NCBI RefSeq assembly: GCF_001194135.2
Contig: NC_068998.1
Span: 4,452,462 to 4,498,454 of the forward strand
Direction of reading: 5' to 3'
Length of the DNA: 45,993 bases
DNA from: Octopus bimaculoides
Taxonomy: Eukaryota
A program made the position numbers and the translations under genes. Below are positions 1 through 11,853 of the stretch, piece by piece; within the stretch, counting starts at the first letter, position 1; each line of letters begins with the position of its first letter. The notes under the pieces were generated by a model that did not search any database, was not told the DNA's origin, and worked only from the letters and a program-made list of their open reading frames with translations.

Positions 1-35
1 TGTGTGTGTGTGTGTGTGTGTGTGTGTTTGTGCGT

Positions 36-244
36 CTGTGTTTGTTCCCCCAACATCGCTTGACAACCGATGCTGGTGTGTTTACGTCCCCGTAATCTAG
101 CGGTTCGGCAAAAAGAGACCGATAGAATAAGTACTAGGCTTACGAAGAATAAGTCCTGGGGTCGATTTGCTCGACTAAAGGCGGTGCTCCAGCATGGCCG
201 CAGTCAAATGACTGAAACAAGTAAAAGAGTAAAATAGTAAAAGA
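36..244 (+). mobile_element. 3' half (module A) of bipartite SINE family 1
   Basis: Near-identical to 4551-4758 (GCGGTTCGGCAAAA...GATAGAATAAGTACTAGG...GGCCGCAGTCAAATGACTGAAACAAGTAAAAG); 5' half lies before the window. Confidence 0.85.
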
Positions 245-301
245 GATATATATATGTATGTATGTATACGTATACTTATATATATGTATACATATGTACA
301 C

Positions 302-349
<48 letters not shown>

Positions 350-489
350 CAAACTGCATAACCATCGAGGATTTCCTCCAGTTTGTTTAAAGTAAAGCGG
401 CATCAATTATACAGTCTAAGAGTTTTAATGGAAGCCCGATACTTGTCGTTCTTATTGTTAATGTTGCTATAACTGCTGCTGCTGCTCTT

Positions 490-712
490 ATTTCCGAGTC
501 TGAGGTCAATCTAGGATAAACTGACCAAGAGTCAATGACTTTCAAGCAGTGAACGTCCCGTTTCCATTTTTCACACTTTGTGTAACCCAGGGTGTACGAT
601 TTATCAATTATGTCCTTCACCGTTTTTCAAGACAAGAAGGCGTCATTCGATCGAGGACGAAGATTTGGCTGCTACTTCTAGCTTGTCGAGCAGCCACCTA
701 GAGACTCCCTAA
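490..712 (-). mobile_element. Decayed copy of unclassified retroposon-like repeat (family F; GCTAGAAATAGCAGCCAAATCT motif)
   Basis: Reverse complement shares GCTAGAAGTAGCAGCCAAATCT with 19795, 24820 and 25078; plus-strand copies end in (CAA)n tails. Confidence 0.45.
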
Positions 713-842
713 TTACTTCGTAAAAAAAGTAAAAATAATAACATGAAGATAATTAACAAATTGGGAAAGCAGGTCACTAAAACTTAATAAGCTCGTACGG
801 TGTGTGTGTGTGTGTGTGTATGCGGGTACTCACGCGTGCGCA

Positions 843-873
<31 letters not shown>

Positions 874-884
874 ACTCACACACA

Positions 885-1223
885 CACATCTTTCTATCTT
901 TTAATCTTTTCACTTGTTACAGTCATTGGACTGCGGCTGTGCTGAGGCACCGCCTTGAAAAAATTGTAGTCAAATGAATCCTACCTTAGTACTTTACTGA
1001 TTTTCTTAAAGCCTGCCATTTATAGCATCGATATTCTTTTGCCGAACCGCTAAGTTACGGTGACGTAAACACATCAACACCGATTGCCGAAGGGTGGTAG
1101 GGGAAAACACAAACACAGACACACACGCGTGTAAGACGGGCTTCTTTCAGTTTCCGTCTAACAAATCCACTCACAAGACTTTGATCGACACAAGGCCGAC
1201 CAAAGACACTTGCTAAGGTACCA
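885..1223 (-). mobile_element. Bipartite SINE family 1 (modules B+A), 5'-truncated and diverged
   Basis: Module A (CACTTGTTACAGTCATTGGACTGCGG...) is contiguous with module B (ACGGGCTTCTTTCAGTTTCCGTCT...CACTCACAAG) through a short CA linker. Confidence 0.8.
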
Positions 1224-1857
1224 GGGATATTGTAGTCAAACGAAATCCTGTCCGCTAAAGTGTATTCGCGGTTTCAAAAGGGTTAAAATGACCAACATTC
1301 ACGCAATAACATGGTTATGCTCCAATTTACATAGACTAACATCAAATAAAGGCTATTGAAGTTAACTCGACCTCTAGTCTGATACGCTGAATTTTAGGCC
1401 AGTTAAAAGAAAGGCCATTTACTTTCATACTATCTGGCAGCCATTTTAATAGACATAAACTCACTTTAAAATATTAAGTTCAATTGCACCTAAATTCGCT
1501 ACACCAACCTATATGCACTGACATACTCATTGGTGCACACGCACAGATAGATCATTACTAGCACACTTAGATAGGCATAATATACCTACTTACTAATATA
1601 TACAGGTCTGCAATCTTCTGCATACACACACATATATACAGCATACTGTTTTATAAGAGATATATATACATGCGGTGAAATACACGTACATAGAATGAGC
1701 AACATGTGCCATACACTTAGAGATACAAACGTAAATATATATTAAGAGTTTACACTTGTTTACGTACAAGCACACACACCAACACACACAAATATATACA
1801 TACAGTACATATACATAACACTATACTTGGAAGCATACATAGGTCTGTATATGTATG

Positions 1858-1890
<33 letters not shown>

Positions 1891-2528
1891 NNNNNNNNNN
1901 NNNNNNNNNNNNNNNNNNNNNNNNNNNNNNNNNNNNNNNNNNNNNNNNNNNNNNNNNNNNNNNNNNNNNNNNNNNNNNNNNNNNNNNNNNNNNNNNNNNN
2001 NNNNNNNNNNNNNNNNNNNNNNNNNNNNNNNNNNNNNNNNNNNNNNNNNNNNNNNNNNNNNNNNNNNNNNNNNNNNNNNNNNNNNNNNNNNNNNNNNNNN
2101 NNNNNNNNNNNNNNNNNNNNNNNNNNNNNNNNNNNNNNNNNNNNNNNNNNNNNNNNNNNNNNNNNNNNNNNNNNNNNNNNNNNNNNNNNNNNNNNNNNNN
2201 NNNNNNNNNNNNNNNNNNNNNNNNNNNNNNNNNNNNNNNNNNNNNNNNNNNNNNNNNNNNNNNNNNNNNNNNNNNNNNNNNNNNNNNNNNNNNNNNNNNN
2301 NNNNNNNNNNNNNNNNNNNNNNNNNNNNNNNNNNNNNNNNNNNNNNNNNNNNNNNNNNNNNNNNNNNNNNNNNNNNNNNNNNNNNNNNNNNNNNNNNNNN
2401 NNNNNNNNNNNNNNNNNNNNNNNNNNNNNNNNNNNNNNNNNNNNNNNNNNNNNNNNNNNNNNNNNNNNNNNNNNNNNNNNNNNNNNNNNNNNNNNNNNNN
2501 NNNNNNNNNNNNNNNNNNNNNNNNNNNN

Positions 2529-2574
<46 letters not shown>

Positions 2575-2740
2575 GCATATATGTGTACAGGACATAAAAA
2601 AAACAACTTTATACACAATGAGAAACGAAAACGTAAAAACGAAAACATAGGAAACGAACTTTTTTCAGACAACGAAAAAAACAAACAGAGAAACGAGACA
2701 TGTAACAAAAAGAATATTCCCCTTCATCAGTTGTCCCTAT
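2575..2740 (-). mobile_element. Penelope-type terminal fragment with a CTGATGA motif, ending in (TA)n
   Basis: Minus strand reads GGGACAA-CTGATGA-AGGGGAATATTCTTT followed by a T-rich tail running into the TA microsatellite; no GAAA core downstream. Confidence 0.35.
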
Positions 2741-2741
2741 C

Positions 2742-2835
2742 CTCTTTCAGATTCCGTCAACCAAATCCACTCGCAAAGATTTAGTCGAGGCTTTAGTAGA
2801 AGACACTTGCCCAAGGTGCAACGCAGTGAGACCGA
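2742..2835 (-). mobile_element. SINE family 1 module B fragment
   Basis: CAAATCCACTCGCAAAG...AGAAGACACTTGCCCAAGGTGC matches other B copies. Confidence 0.75.
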
Positions 2836-2874
2836 TGTTCTTCCGTAGACATTCAATTAAATGCCAGCATAGAG

Positions 2875-3130
2875 CAGGTATTGCTAGAACATCAGACGAG
2901 TTACCCTGTCGTGGTTTTTCGAAATCTTTGAAATCTGTGTTCAAATCCGTCTGAGGTCAACGTTACTTTCGTCCTTTCGATACAAAAATTATCATCAATG
3001 TATAGCAAGCGAGCGAACTGGCAGAAATGAAAAGTTACAACATCATACGAGGTGCCTTGTGGTAATGTCTTCAGTACATCTATGTTCTGAATTCATATCC
3101 CGCTGTCGCTGCTTGAGTAGTCGATTTAAT
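2875..3130 (+). mobile_element. Two old decayed pieces of SINE family 2
   Basis: TTCAAATCCGTCTGAGGTCAAC and GCGAACTGGCAG...TTCTGAATTCATATCC resemble the family 2 head and B-box. Confidence 0.4.
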
Positions 3131-3489
3131 TTGTGCCCTGATTTTTTAAGAACGCTATTCGGCTTTCAAGAGCGATTTGGGGAGAGAACAGTGTAGCTAT
3201 TTAATTAAAATTAAAATGATTTCTTCGTATCCAATAATATATTTTTAAGACCAAGGCCAATATATGCATAGATGAGCAAGCAACAGGTGGTAAGGCTTAA
3301 TGACAGGAACACAAGTATACCAAGATTTAAAATTTGATATTTACCCGGGAGCTGACATTTTTTCAGAGATTTAGAAGGTTAATACTGGAAGATGACGGCT
3401 GAGATGCAGTGAATTATAATAACATTCCTCAATCACTATACACCCGACCCTTAACAGGGCCCACTAATGATCCCACCTTTGAAAGATCT

Positions 3490-3700
3490 GAGAATATGTG
3501 ACATGTTTGAACAGTTACCTGACCTTTAATAATGAACCATTAATGTAGTAAGTGGCGGTGCTTTGATACCTACGATCTTCCCTTTTAAATCATCAACTTT
3601 TACAGGTTGACACCAACAACATTTACGTCAATGCCTCAGTCCAAAATATTAACCCTACAGGAGGTTGAAGTCAGTAATACAGTAATATCTTTCTCTGTAA
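3490..3700 (+). mobile_element. Possible highly decayed Penelope-like reverse transcriptase remnant
   Basis: With frameshifts reads SYL..., FDTYD-FPFK/IINF and SQ*YSNIFLC, resembling from memory PLE RT C-terminal motifs (YLDL...YDKRDDFxFxIVNFP...SQLIRxxxxC); many stops. Confidence 0.3.
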
Positions 3701-3986
3701 TCCTGACACTAAACCTAAAAGCGCAAAGCTTAAACTCCATTCACATTATCCAAAACATAAGAGAAGCTTCGAGAACACGTGAAAGTTATTTTTAAAAGAT
3801 TCAGTCTCGAAGTGGATACAGTTACTCTCAGAAAATTGCATCAACGCTGCATGAGGTGTGACATGCGCATTGCGTTTATATTCCCCTTTTCTGTTTTACG
3901 AATCCAGTGTACGCATGCGTCTTGCGTGTTCATATTTCTCTTTTCGATTCCTACTCAAGACTGTTTACAAGTCACAACCATCTCAC

Positions 3987-4008
3987 CATCCTGCGGTCGT
4001 GAGAAGAG
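3987..4008 (-). other. Candidate short first exon ending at a start codon (CTCTTCTC...AGGATG|gtgaga)
   Basis: Pyrimidine TCT/TOP-like start, ATG directly followed by a GTGAGA donor, locally CpG-rich with NRF1-like GCGCAT/ACGCATGCGT motifs in the putative intron; no convincing second exon found. Confidence 0.3.
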
Positions 4009-4080
4009 CTTCGCGCTCCGATGGTTGTAAATAACATATTTTTTAGCAAATCATATTAGACATGCTAATAATTATAGATT

Positions 4081-4134
<54 letters not shown>

Positions 4135-4410
4135 GGGTGGGCCATTGTCATGCATCGAAACGTTTGACATTTTATTTATGTTACATTATTATTATTCATT
4201 TCGTTCATAATGTACAAATACGTTTGTATTAATTATTATTCTATTTATTTTAGTTTATTCAAGTTTAGAAAACTTGAAGCATGTCTTTGACAATTTCGAG
4301 CGTATTGGACTTATTTTCGGCGTGGTTCTTTAATTGGTTTATTTGAGGTCCATTCCACTCGTCTGATCAATGCACAAAGACATAAACGGTTTTTAATGGT
4401 TCTCAACCAT

Positions 4411-4758
4411 TAGTAAGAAGCTTGCTTGCCAACCACATGCCTCCGAGTTCAGTCCCACTGTGTGGCACTTGGCACCTTGGGCAAGTGTCTTCTGCTATAG
4501 TCTCGGGCCGACCAAAGCCTTGTGAGTGGATTTGGTAGACGGAAACAAAAAGAAACCCGTCATATATATATGTGTGTGTGTTTGTCCCCCCTACATGTTG
4601 GTGTGTTTACGTCTCCGTAACTTAGCGGTTCGACAAAAGAGACCGATAGAATAAGTACTAGGCATACAAAGAATAAGTCTTGGGATCGATTTGTTCGACT
4701 AAAGGCGCAACTCCAGCATGGCCGCAGTCAAATGACTAAAACAAGTAAAAGAATAAAA
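4411..4758 (+). mobile_element. Near-complete bipartite tRNA-derived SINE (family 1: tRNA/CORE-like module B + TA/TG linker + module A)
   Basis: B-box-like GAGTTCAGTCCC, then GGCACCTTGGGCAAGTGTCTT (similar to the MIR CORE start GACCTTGGGCAAGT), microsatellite linker 4542-4560, module A ending in (GTAAAA/GAATAAAA). Confidence 0.85.
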
Positions 4759-4929
4759 CGATATAAGAATTGTATTTTTGTAATTAAATATTATAAGAAA
4801 TTGTATGAAAAACATTGTTGAAATATTTCGAGCATTGTATTAAAGGTTATATTGGCACCAAATGGAAACCATTGGTTAAGGCGAGCAAATCAACCCAAGA
4901 CATATTTCCCTTTAATCTTCTACTTATAC

Positions 4930-5061
4930 GATCGATTTCTTTTCTGCGGGAAAATAAACAAACACGGGTTGTCAAATGGGCGGTGGTAGGGGACAAAGGC
5001 AAAGACAACCCCGGCTTTTCTCTATTGGCAAGAAACCTTGAAATGAAACTGAATAATGACG
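4930..5061 (-). mobile_element. Repeat G fragment joined to module A start
   Basis: Reverse complement GTCATTATTCAGTTTCATTTCAAGGTTTCTTGCCAATAGAGAAAAGCCGG matches 35239 and 42829. Confidence 0.5.
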
Positions 5062-5074
5062 TACACACACATAT

Positions 5075-5147
<73 letters not shown>

Positions 5148-5525
5148 NNNNNNNNNNNNNNNNNNNNNNNNNNNNNNNNNNNNNNNNNNNNNNNNNNNNN
5201 NNNNNNNNNNNNNNNNNNNNNNNNNNNNNNNNNNNNNNNNNNNNNNNNNNNNNNNNNNNNNNNNNNNNNNNNNNNNNNNNNNNNNNNNNNNNNNNNNNNN
5301 NNNNNNNNNNNNNNNNNNNNNNNNNNNNNNNNNNNNNNNNNNNNNNNNNNNNNNNNNNNNNNNNNNNNNNNNNNNNNNNNNNNNNNNNNNNNNNNNNNNN
5401 NNNNNNNNNNNNNNNNNNNNNNNNNNNNNNNNNNNNNNNNNNNNNNNNNNNNNNNNNNNNNNNNNNNNNNNNNNNNNNNNNNNNNNNNNNNNNNNNNNNN
5501 NNNNNNNNNNNNNNNNNNNNNNNNN

Positions 5526-5580
<55 letters not shown>

Positions 5581-6242
5581 CCATTTTACCAGCATAGCCA
5601 TTTGTGTGTGACCATACTGGGGCACTTTTATCAACACAAATTCTACGCAATAGTATATATACCCATATTCGAGTTGGTGTGTATGTGAGAGCGATCGCGT
5701 GTTTGTGTGTGTGTTTGTGTTAACGTGTGTGTGAATATGGATATTGTGTATATGCATACACATACATACACACACAGAGCATGTGTGTGTGTATATATAT
5801 GTGCGTGTTTGTGCACCAATCTTAATTTAGGCTTATATGTGTATGTGTCTGTGTGTGAGTGGTTTTTATGCAATGTGCAAGTAAGTGTGTCAGTAGACTA
5901 ATAGTGTGTCTCTATTTATCAAACGATTACATAAGATTGTGTGTGTATGTACGTACATATATATGTGTGTGTGTGTGTGTATGTATGTGTTAGTGTGTAT
6001 GTATGTGAGTGAGCGTGTGTGTAAGTGTGTATGTGTGTGCACACTGACCTGCATTATGGAGAGAAGCACTGTCTTATTTGTACATGGCATGGGGGCTCCC
6101 CATTAATTTTCACACAGCGTGTGAATGTATCGGCTTGCTGTGTGATTATATTGCAGTCAAAGCCACATAGAGACGTATACAGAGAGCAAGAAAGAGAGAA
6201 AGAAAGAGGAGGGGAAAGAGAGAGAGTGAGAGAGAGAGAGAG

Positions 6243-6279
<37 letters not shown>

Positions 6280-6907
6280 NNNNNNNNNNNNNNNNNNNNN
6301 NNNNNNNNNNNNNNNNNNNNNNNNNNNNNNNNNNNNNNNNNNNNNNNNNNNNNNNNNNNNNNNNNNNNNNNNNNNNNNNNNNNNNNNNNNNNNNNNNNNN
6401 NNNNNNNNNNNNNNNNNNNNNNNNNNNNNNNNNNNNNNNNNNNNNNNNNNNNNNNNNNNNNNNNNNNNNNNNNNNNNNNNNNNNNNNNNNNNNNNNNNNN
6501 NNNNNNNNNNNNNNNNNNNNNNNNNNNNNNNNNNNNNNNNNNNNNNNNNNNNNNNNNNNNNNNNNNNNNNNNNNNNNNNNNNNNNNNNNNNNNNNNNNNN
6601 NNNNNNNNNNNNNNNNNNNNNNNNNNNNNNNNNNNNNNNNNNNNNNNNNNNNNNNNNNNNNNNNNNNNNNNNNNNNNNNNNNNNNNNNNNNNNNNNNNNN
6701 NNNNNNNNNNNNNNNNNNNNNNNNNNNNNNNNNNNNNNNNNNNNNNNNNNNNNNNNNNNNNNNNNNNNNNNNNNNNNNNNNNNNNNNNNNNNNNNNNNNN
6801 NNNNNNNNNNNNNNNNNNNNNNNNNNNNNNNNNNNNNNNNNNNNNNNNNNNNNNGCTGGTGGTGCTGGTGGTGCTGGTGGTGGTGGTGGTGGTGTGTGTG
6901 TGTGTGT

Positions 6908-6990
6908 ACGACGTGCTTCTTTCAAATCCACTCACAAGGTTTTAGTCGGCCCGAAGCTATAGTAGAAGACACTAGTTTCTTACCACACAG
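6908..6990 (-). mobile_element. SINE family 1 module B with internal deletion
   Basis: AAATCCACTCACAAGG...AGTAGAAGACACT joined directly to the head sequence TTCTTACCACACAG. Confidence 0.65.
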
Positions 6991-7764
6991 ACACTCTTTG
7001 ATGCAATGACAAAGATATTTATGCTCCTTTTAATGCGTTCTAGTACACTAATATGAAAGGCATACGCTGCGGGATTTTGTCTCGACGCAACAGTTTTCAT
7101 TTGAGCAATTTGCTGTCCTGTATTTTTGTGCCTACTCTTTACGTTCCAAATTTTACTAAAGCCGTGATTAAATGTTCCTTTCATCGTTGCGGTGATCGAT
7201 AATAATAACATACAACTGAAGGGGTCAATGTAGTCGACTATATTGACACCTTAAATTTCTGTCCTTGCGCTGATATTAGATATACTTAGTTACAACGATG
7301 GTTATGTTGTTAAAGCTCGGACGTGATTCAGCAAACTTCGGATCAAACTATTCTATCTCAGAACTCAACGTTCTGGTGATCAGATATCTGGGTTTTCTTT
7401 ATCTAATGTATCGTTACATCGTTTTTTCTTTCACATAAATCCTTTATATTTCGGAGTTATACTTGTCCGGCAAGTGGTTTCATGTGGGACCATGTGTTGA
7501 AATATTGAAATTCAAACAATGACAGCGTGAAAGGCACATATTAGCCATACAAAAACACCCAGAAACTGCTAATTTCGCTCCACCATCTCAAAGCAGTGAA
7601 ATTGCGGTCATTATCAGATCGCAGATGGGGCAACGAAGATCTTGACACCAAATAATAAATGCTTAAATTAATAGCCTTCGTGTATTTCTGAATGGCTGAT
7701 ATATGTCTTCCACGATACAAATACCTTATAATTTGAGGAAAATTTAGTTACTATATCTATATTG

Positions 7765-7800
7765 GTTGTCCTGGTAACGTTTTACCGCTGCCATGACAAC
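7765..7800. promoter_or_regulatory. Two tandem RFX X-box-like palindromes
   Basis: GTTGTC-CT-GGTAAC (7765-7778) and GCTGCC-AT-GACAAC (7787-7800) versus consensus GTNRCC-N0-3-RGYAAC. Confidence 0.3.
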
Positions 7801-8109
7801 CAACGTTATTTCTTCTTTAAGTATAAATTTGAAAGTTGAGTTGAAATGTCAAAAGGGAATATATAAATAGCACGTGTAACATTTCCCTAGTTATGCTACC
7901 GTCTACAGCGGCTGAATTGGTCGATTCGGTGTTGTTTGAGCCTGCAGCTTTGAATCAGCAAAACGTAAAATCAAACACGCACCAACTGTGGCCTCCCAGC
8001 TTGTGACTTAAATGCAATGAGGCTACTATTTCATATAAGATGTAACCAAATGCATGAGATTTCTTTAATTATATTAGCGCCGACACTGACTGATTTGATT
8101 GTTTCGTTA

Positions 8110-8235
8110 TGGTTTGATTCAGGTCAGCTTTGATTCAACAAACATCGAATCAAAAGCGTTCCAGCTCTGCCCATTTTGTCTTTTCTAAAACGTCATGTAG
8201 TGATTTGATGAAAATATGGTTTCTTGTTGGTATCG
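8110..8235 (-). mobile_element. Family F decayed copy
   Basis: AGGTCAGCTTTGATT...ATCAAAAGCGTTCCAGC...CCATTTTGTC resembles the reverse complement of 19900-19960 and 25280-25350. Confidence 0.35.
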
Positions 8236-8459
8236 AATGTAAACAACATAGATATCATTTCCCTAAATGTTATCGTCTAAAGCGCTTGATTTGACCATTT
8301 CTTGGCTCTTTGATTCTGCAAACACGGTTTCTAAAGCTCTCCATTCATAATTTCCTGTCTCTTCTTAAGATACTGGTATGTGGTCTAGAGGATAGAAAGC
8401 TGTTGTTTGGTGGAGTTGGCGTGGTTACTGTTCGGATTCCTTGTCTTCTTTGCTCTTCT

Positions 8460-8600
8460 TTGCCTTGCTTTGTCCTACTTTTCCCTGCTTTGTCATGCTA
8501 CGCCCGACTTTGCTCGCTTTGTCCTGCTATGCCCTGCTATGCCCTGCTATGCCCTGCTATGCCTTGCTTTGCCCTGTTTTGCCCTACTAGCCCTGCTTGT
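8460..8600. repeat. Degenerate 10-bp tandem repeat (GCCCTGCTAT)n, about 14 units
   Basis: Perfect units around 8531-8560, decaying outward. Confidence 0.85.
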
Positions 8601-8869
8601 CGTATTTCTTACATATATTAATATTTACATCAAAGTCGAAGATGAAAGAATCGGACTTAACAACCTGTTTGATGTTTTTAACCATCCAAGTTCAATTCCT
8701 ATCAGGGTTGACTTACATTCTCTCACGGCTGATAAACAAAGATACCAGACATGTATTAGGGTTTATTATTTGTCAACTATAACTCTCTACGCCCACACTT
8801 GTGTGTGTGTGTGTGTGTTTCTGTAGCGTGGGTAACACAACCACTGTTATTGTAAATTATGTTGAAGTT

Positions 8870-8893
8870 ATTGTGGTTGTAGTTATTTGATGA

Positions 8894-8924
<31 letters not shown>

Positions 8925-9032
8925 AGTGGTGGTGGCTGTGGTGAGGGTGGTGGTTGTGGTGATGCTGGTAGTTGTGGTGGTGGTGGTGGTAGTGATAATA
9001 ATGATAATGATAGTGCTAATGATGATGACAAC

Positions 9033-9110
<78 letters not shown>

Positions 9111-9335
9111 GATGATGATGATGATGATGATGAGGAGGAGGAGGAGGAGGAGGAGGATAGTGATGGTGATGGTGATGTTATGATGCTGCTGGTGATGATG
9201 CTGATGCTGATGCTGATGATGATGATGATGATGCTCCTGATAGTGGTGATTGCGATGATGATGAGGAAGAGGAGGAGGAGGACGCCGACGACTGCGATGA
9301 CGACCACGACGACCACCACTACTACAACGACGATG
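8870..9335. repeat. Compound trinucleotide microsatellite (GAT/GGT/GAG/GCT)
   Basis: Direct reading; explains poly-M/V/S ORFs. Confidence 0.95.
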
Positions 9336-9760
9336 GGATATTTCGTGAACTTTGACCTTTACTTTATCTTTCAACTTTCAACAATTGTGACAGTAGGGGC
9401 GTATATTTTAGCGTAGTGGCAATAATCACCCTGGAGATGTCGGGTGGGTTGCGGCTTCGGAGGGTGGTGAAGGGTTAGGTCTGTGAGTATGTGCATGTGT
9501 GTGCATATGTCTGTGTAGATGTACACACACACATGCACATACACACACACATACACGCACACACACACACACACACACACATACACATATACATACATAC
9601 ATGCATAGAGTACGTGTATACTAGGTACATACATGCATGCATATATATATATATATATATATATATGTCTCTCTCTCTGGCTCTCTCTCTATCTCTCCCT
9701 CACTCTCTCTCACTCTCTCTCTCACTCACTCTCCCCCTCACACACACACACACACACACA

Positions 9761-9795
<35 letters not shown>

Positions 9796-9820
9796 TCTCA
9801 GTATATACACACATATATAT

Positions 9821-10077
9821 TCTTTTATTCTTTTACTTGTTTCAGTCATTTGACAGTGGCCATGGTGGAGCACCACCTTTGAGTCGAAAAAAAAAAACAA
9901 CCCCAGGATTTATTCTTTGTAAGCCTAGTACTTATTCTATCGGTTTCTATTGCCGAACCGCTAGTCTACGGTGACGTAAACACACCAACATCGGTTGTCA
10001 AGCGATGGTAGGATGACAAACGCTGACACACATATACGTACATACGCCGGGCTTCTTTCAGTTTCCGTCTACCAAAT
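9821..10077 (-). mobile_element. Bipartite SINE family 1, module A plus 3' end of module B
   Basis: TTTTACTTGTTTCAGTCATTTGAC...GCCGAACCGCT...CGGGCTTCTTTCAGTTTCCGTCTACCAAAT. Confidence 0.85.
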
Positions 10078-10389
10078 ATATGTGTGCATATATATATGGT
10101 AGTAACAAACATATATATAGATGTGTGTGTGTGTGTGTGCGTGTGTGTGTGTAAATATTGAACAGTATATATAAAGGATAAAATCCTTTTAAGAGCAGAA
10201 AAATTTGCCGGCAACCATGAAATCGACATAATTGCTGGCATTGTGCCAAAATTTGTAGATGTATTTTTATTATGTATGTGTGCGTGCGTATATTTGTGTG
10301 TGTGCGTGTGTGTGTGTGTGAATATGTCTGAAGCAATTAACAATAGAAAAGAAAAAAAACTAGAAGCATTTTTCTTCCTACAAGAATCA

Positions 10390-10392
10390 TAG

Positions 10393-10434
<42 letters not shown>

Positions 10435-10474
10435 CATCATCATCAGTAGCAGCAGCAGCAGCAGCAGCAACAGC

Positions 10475-10515
<41 letters not shown>

Positions 10516-11040
10516 AAGTAGTAGTAGTAGTAGTATCGATGGTAATGGTGGCGGTGCAGCTACTGTTGATAATGGCGGTGGTGGTGGTGGTGGCTATGAT
10601 TGTAGAACAACTGCTGTTTTCGATGTTGATAGTAGTGGTGATGGTGGTGATTGTGGTGACGGTAGTGGTGATGGTGGTGATGGTTGTGGTGCTGACAACG
10701 ACAGCACCGATGGTGGTCGGTGGCTGTTGTCGTAGTTGTCGTCATTGTTTTAGTTGCTGGTGCGATAGAACCTGCGGTAATCGTGGTGGTGGCGACGGCG
10801 GCGGCGACACCAGGGGTGCTGCTGCTGCCGTTGATGTTGTTGTTAGTGTTGGTGTTGCTGATGGTGGTGGTGTTTCTGCTGCTGACAACGACGGCACCGC
10901 TGGTGATATAATGCTGTTTGTTACTACCAGAGCTGTTGTTGCTGTTGGTTGGGAAGTTGATGAGGTTGACGGTGGTGTTGGGTGTAGAGAAAAAGTAGTA
11001 TAGGTGGTGGTGGTGGTTTCGTAATGGTTGAAGATGTGGT
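10390..11040. repeat. Compound trinucleotide block (CAT/AGC/TAG/GGT/GTT), degenerate
   Basis: Direct reading. Confidence 0.9.
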
Positions 11041-11439
11041 TTCGGCGGTAGTATATAAGTTTTCAATGCCAATACTTTTGAAGGAGAGAATAAATTAAAT
11101 TACATAAACGAAACTCGTCATGAAACGTAAACTCTGACAAGTAACACGTGACTGTTTCACACTCCGACATACACACACTCGTGTACAAACACACACACAT
11201 AGACACACATGTACACGTACAGACGTACACACACACACATATACCTATACACACGCACACACACACTCACACACACACTCACACACACACATAAACAAAC
11301 AAACAAACACAAGAGTAAACGAGAGAGACAGAGACAGGCAGAAACAAGGAAAATGCCCCTTGTATTTGAATACTATGCAAATATTCTTTTAAAATACTTT
11401 TCATTTAATTTTTCCAAAATTTAATATTGTATTCCATAA

Positions 11440-11633
11440 TTAGAGTTGAAAAAGTCTCAATGACCGAAACCGGTACTGAAATGTTTTTTATAAAATTATT
11501 TTAGCATTTTCTACCTTGACTTTTTTTTCCATATATTTATCAACTCGTGTGTTCTTTTTCAACCTTCTACATATATATTGTCTATACCACCTGTCTTCGT
11601 CTTTTGTCCTTCTTTTTGTGAATTCTCCCCCCC

Positions 11634-11640
<7 letters not shown>
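11440..11640 (+). mobile_element. Penelope-type terminal fragment with degenerate hammerhead-like core, ending in (TA)n
   Basis: TTGAAAAA-GTC-TCAAT-GAC-C-GAAACCGGT-A at 11446-11475; 3' part CACCTGTCTTCGTCTTTTG...GAATTCTCCC is shared with 37436-37490. Confidence 0.4.
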
Positions 11641-11680
<40 letters not shown>

Positions 11681-11681
<1 letters not shown>

Positions 11682-11853
11682 TTTTATTTGTTTCAGTCAT
11701 TTGACTGCGGCCTCTTTTCAGCCAAGTTAACCCAGTTGCTTTCTAAGCAGCCTTGTCGTTGTTCTTGACAGACGGAAACTGAAAAGAAGCGTGCGTGCGT
11801 GTGAGATTGTGCATATGTGTGAGTGTGTTTTTGTCGCCCCCACCGCTTGACCG
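11681..11853. mobile_element. Rearranged family 1 fragments (minus-strand A end, plus-strand B end/A start)
   Basis: TTGTTTCAGTCATTTGACTGCGGCC (-), then AGACGGAAACTGAAAAGAAGC...CCCCACCGCTTGAC (+). Confidence 0.6.

Noticed and set aside
3606-3668. Apparent exon VDTNNIYVNASVQNINPTGG after TTTTACAG
   Set aside because: No good donor, and it overlaps sequence better explained as a decayed Penelope-like RT.
10235-10249. NFI-like site CTGGC-N5-GCCAA
   Set aside because: It matches the family 2 SINE tail (GCTGGCCTTGTGCCAAAATTTG), so it is repeat-derived.
8777-11072. Poly-His/Thr/Val/Ser ORFs resembling mucin or His-rich proteins
   Set aside because: Open in several frames on both strands because trinucleotide repeats lack stops; no splice sites or domain.
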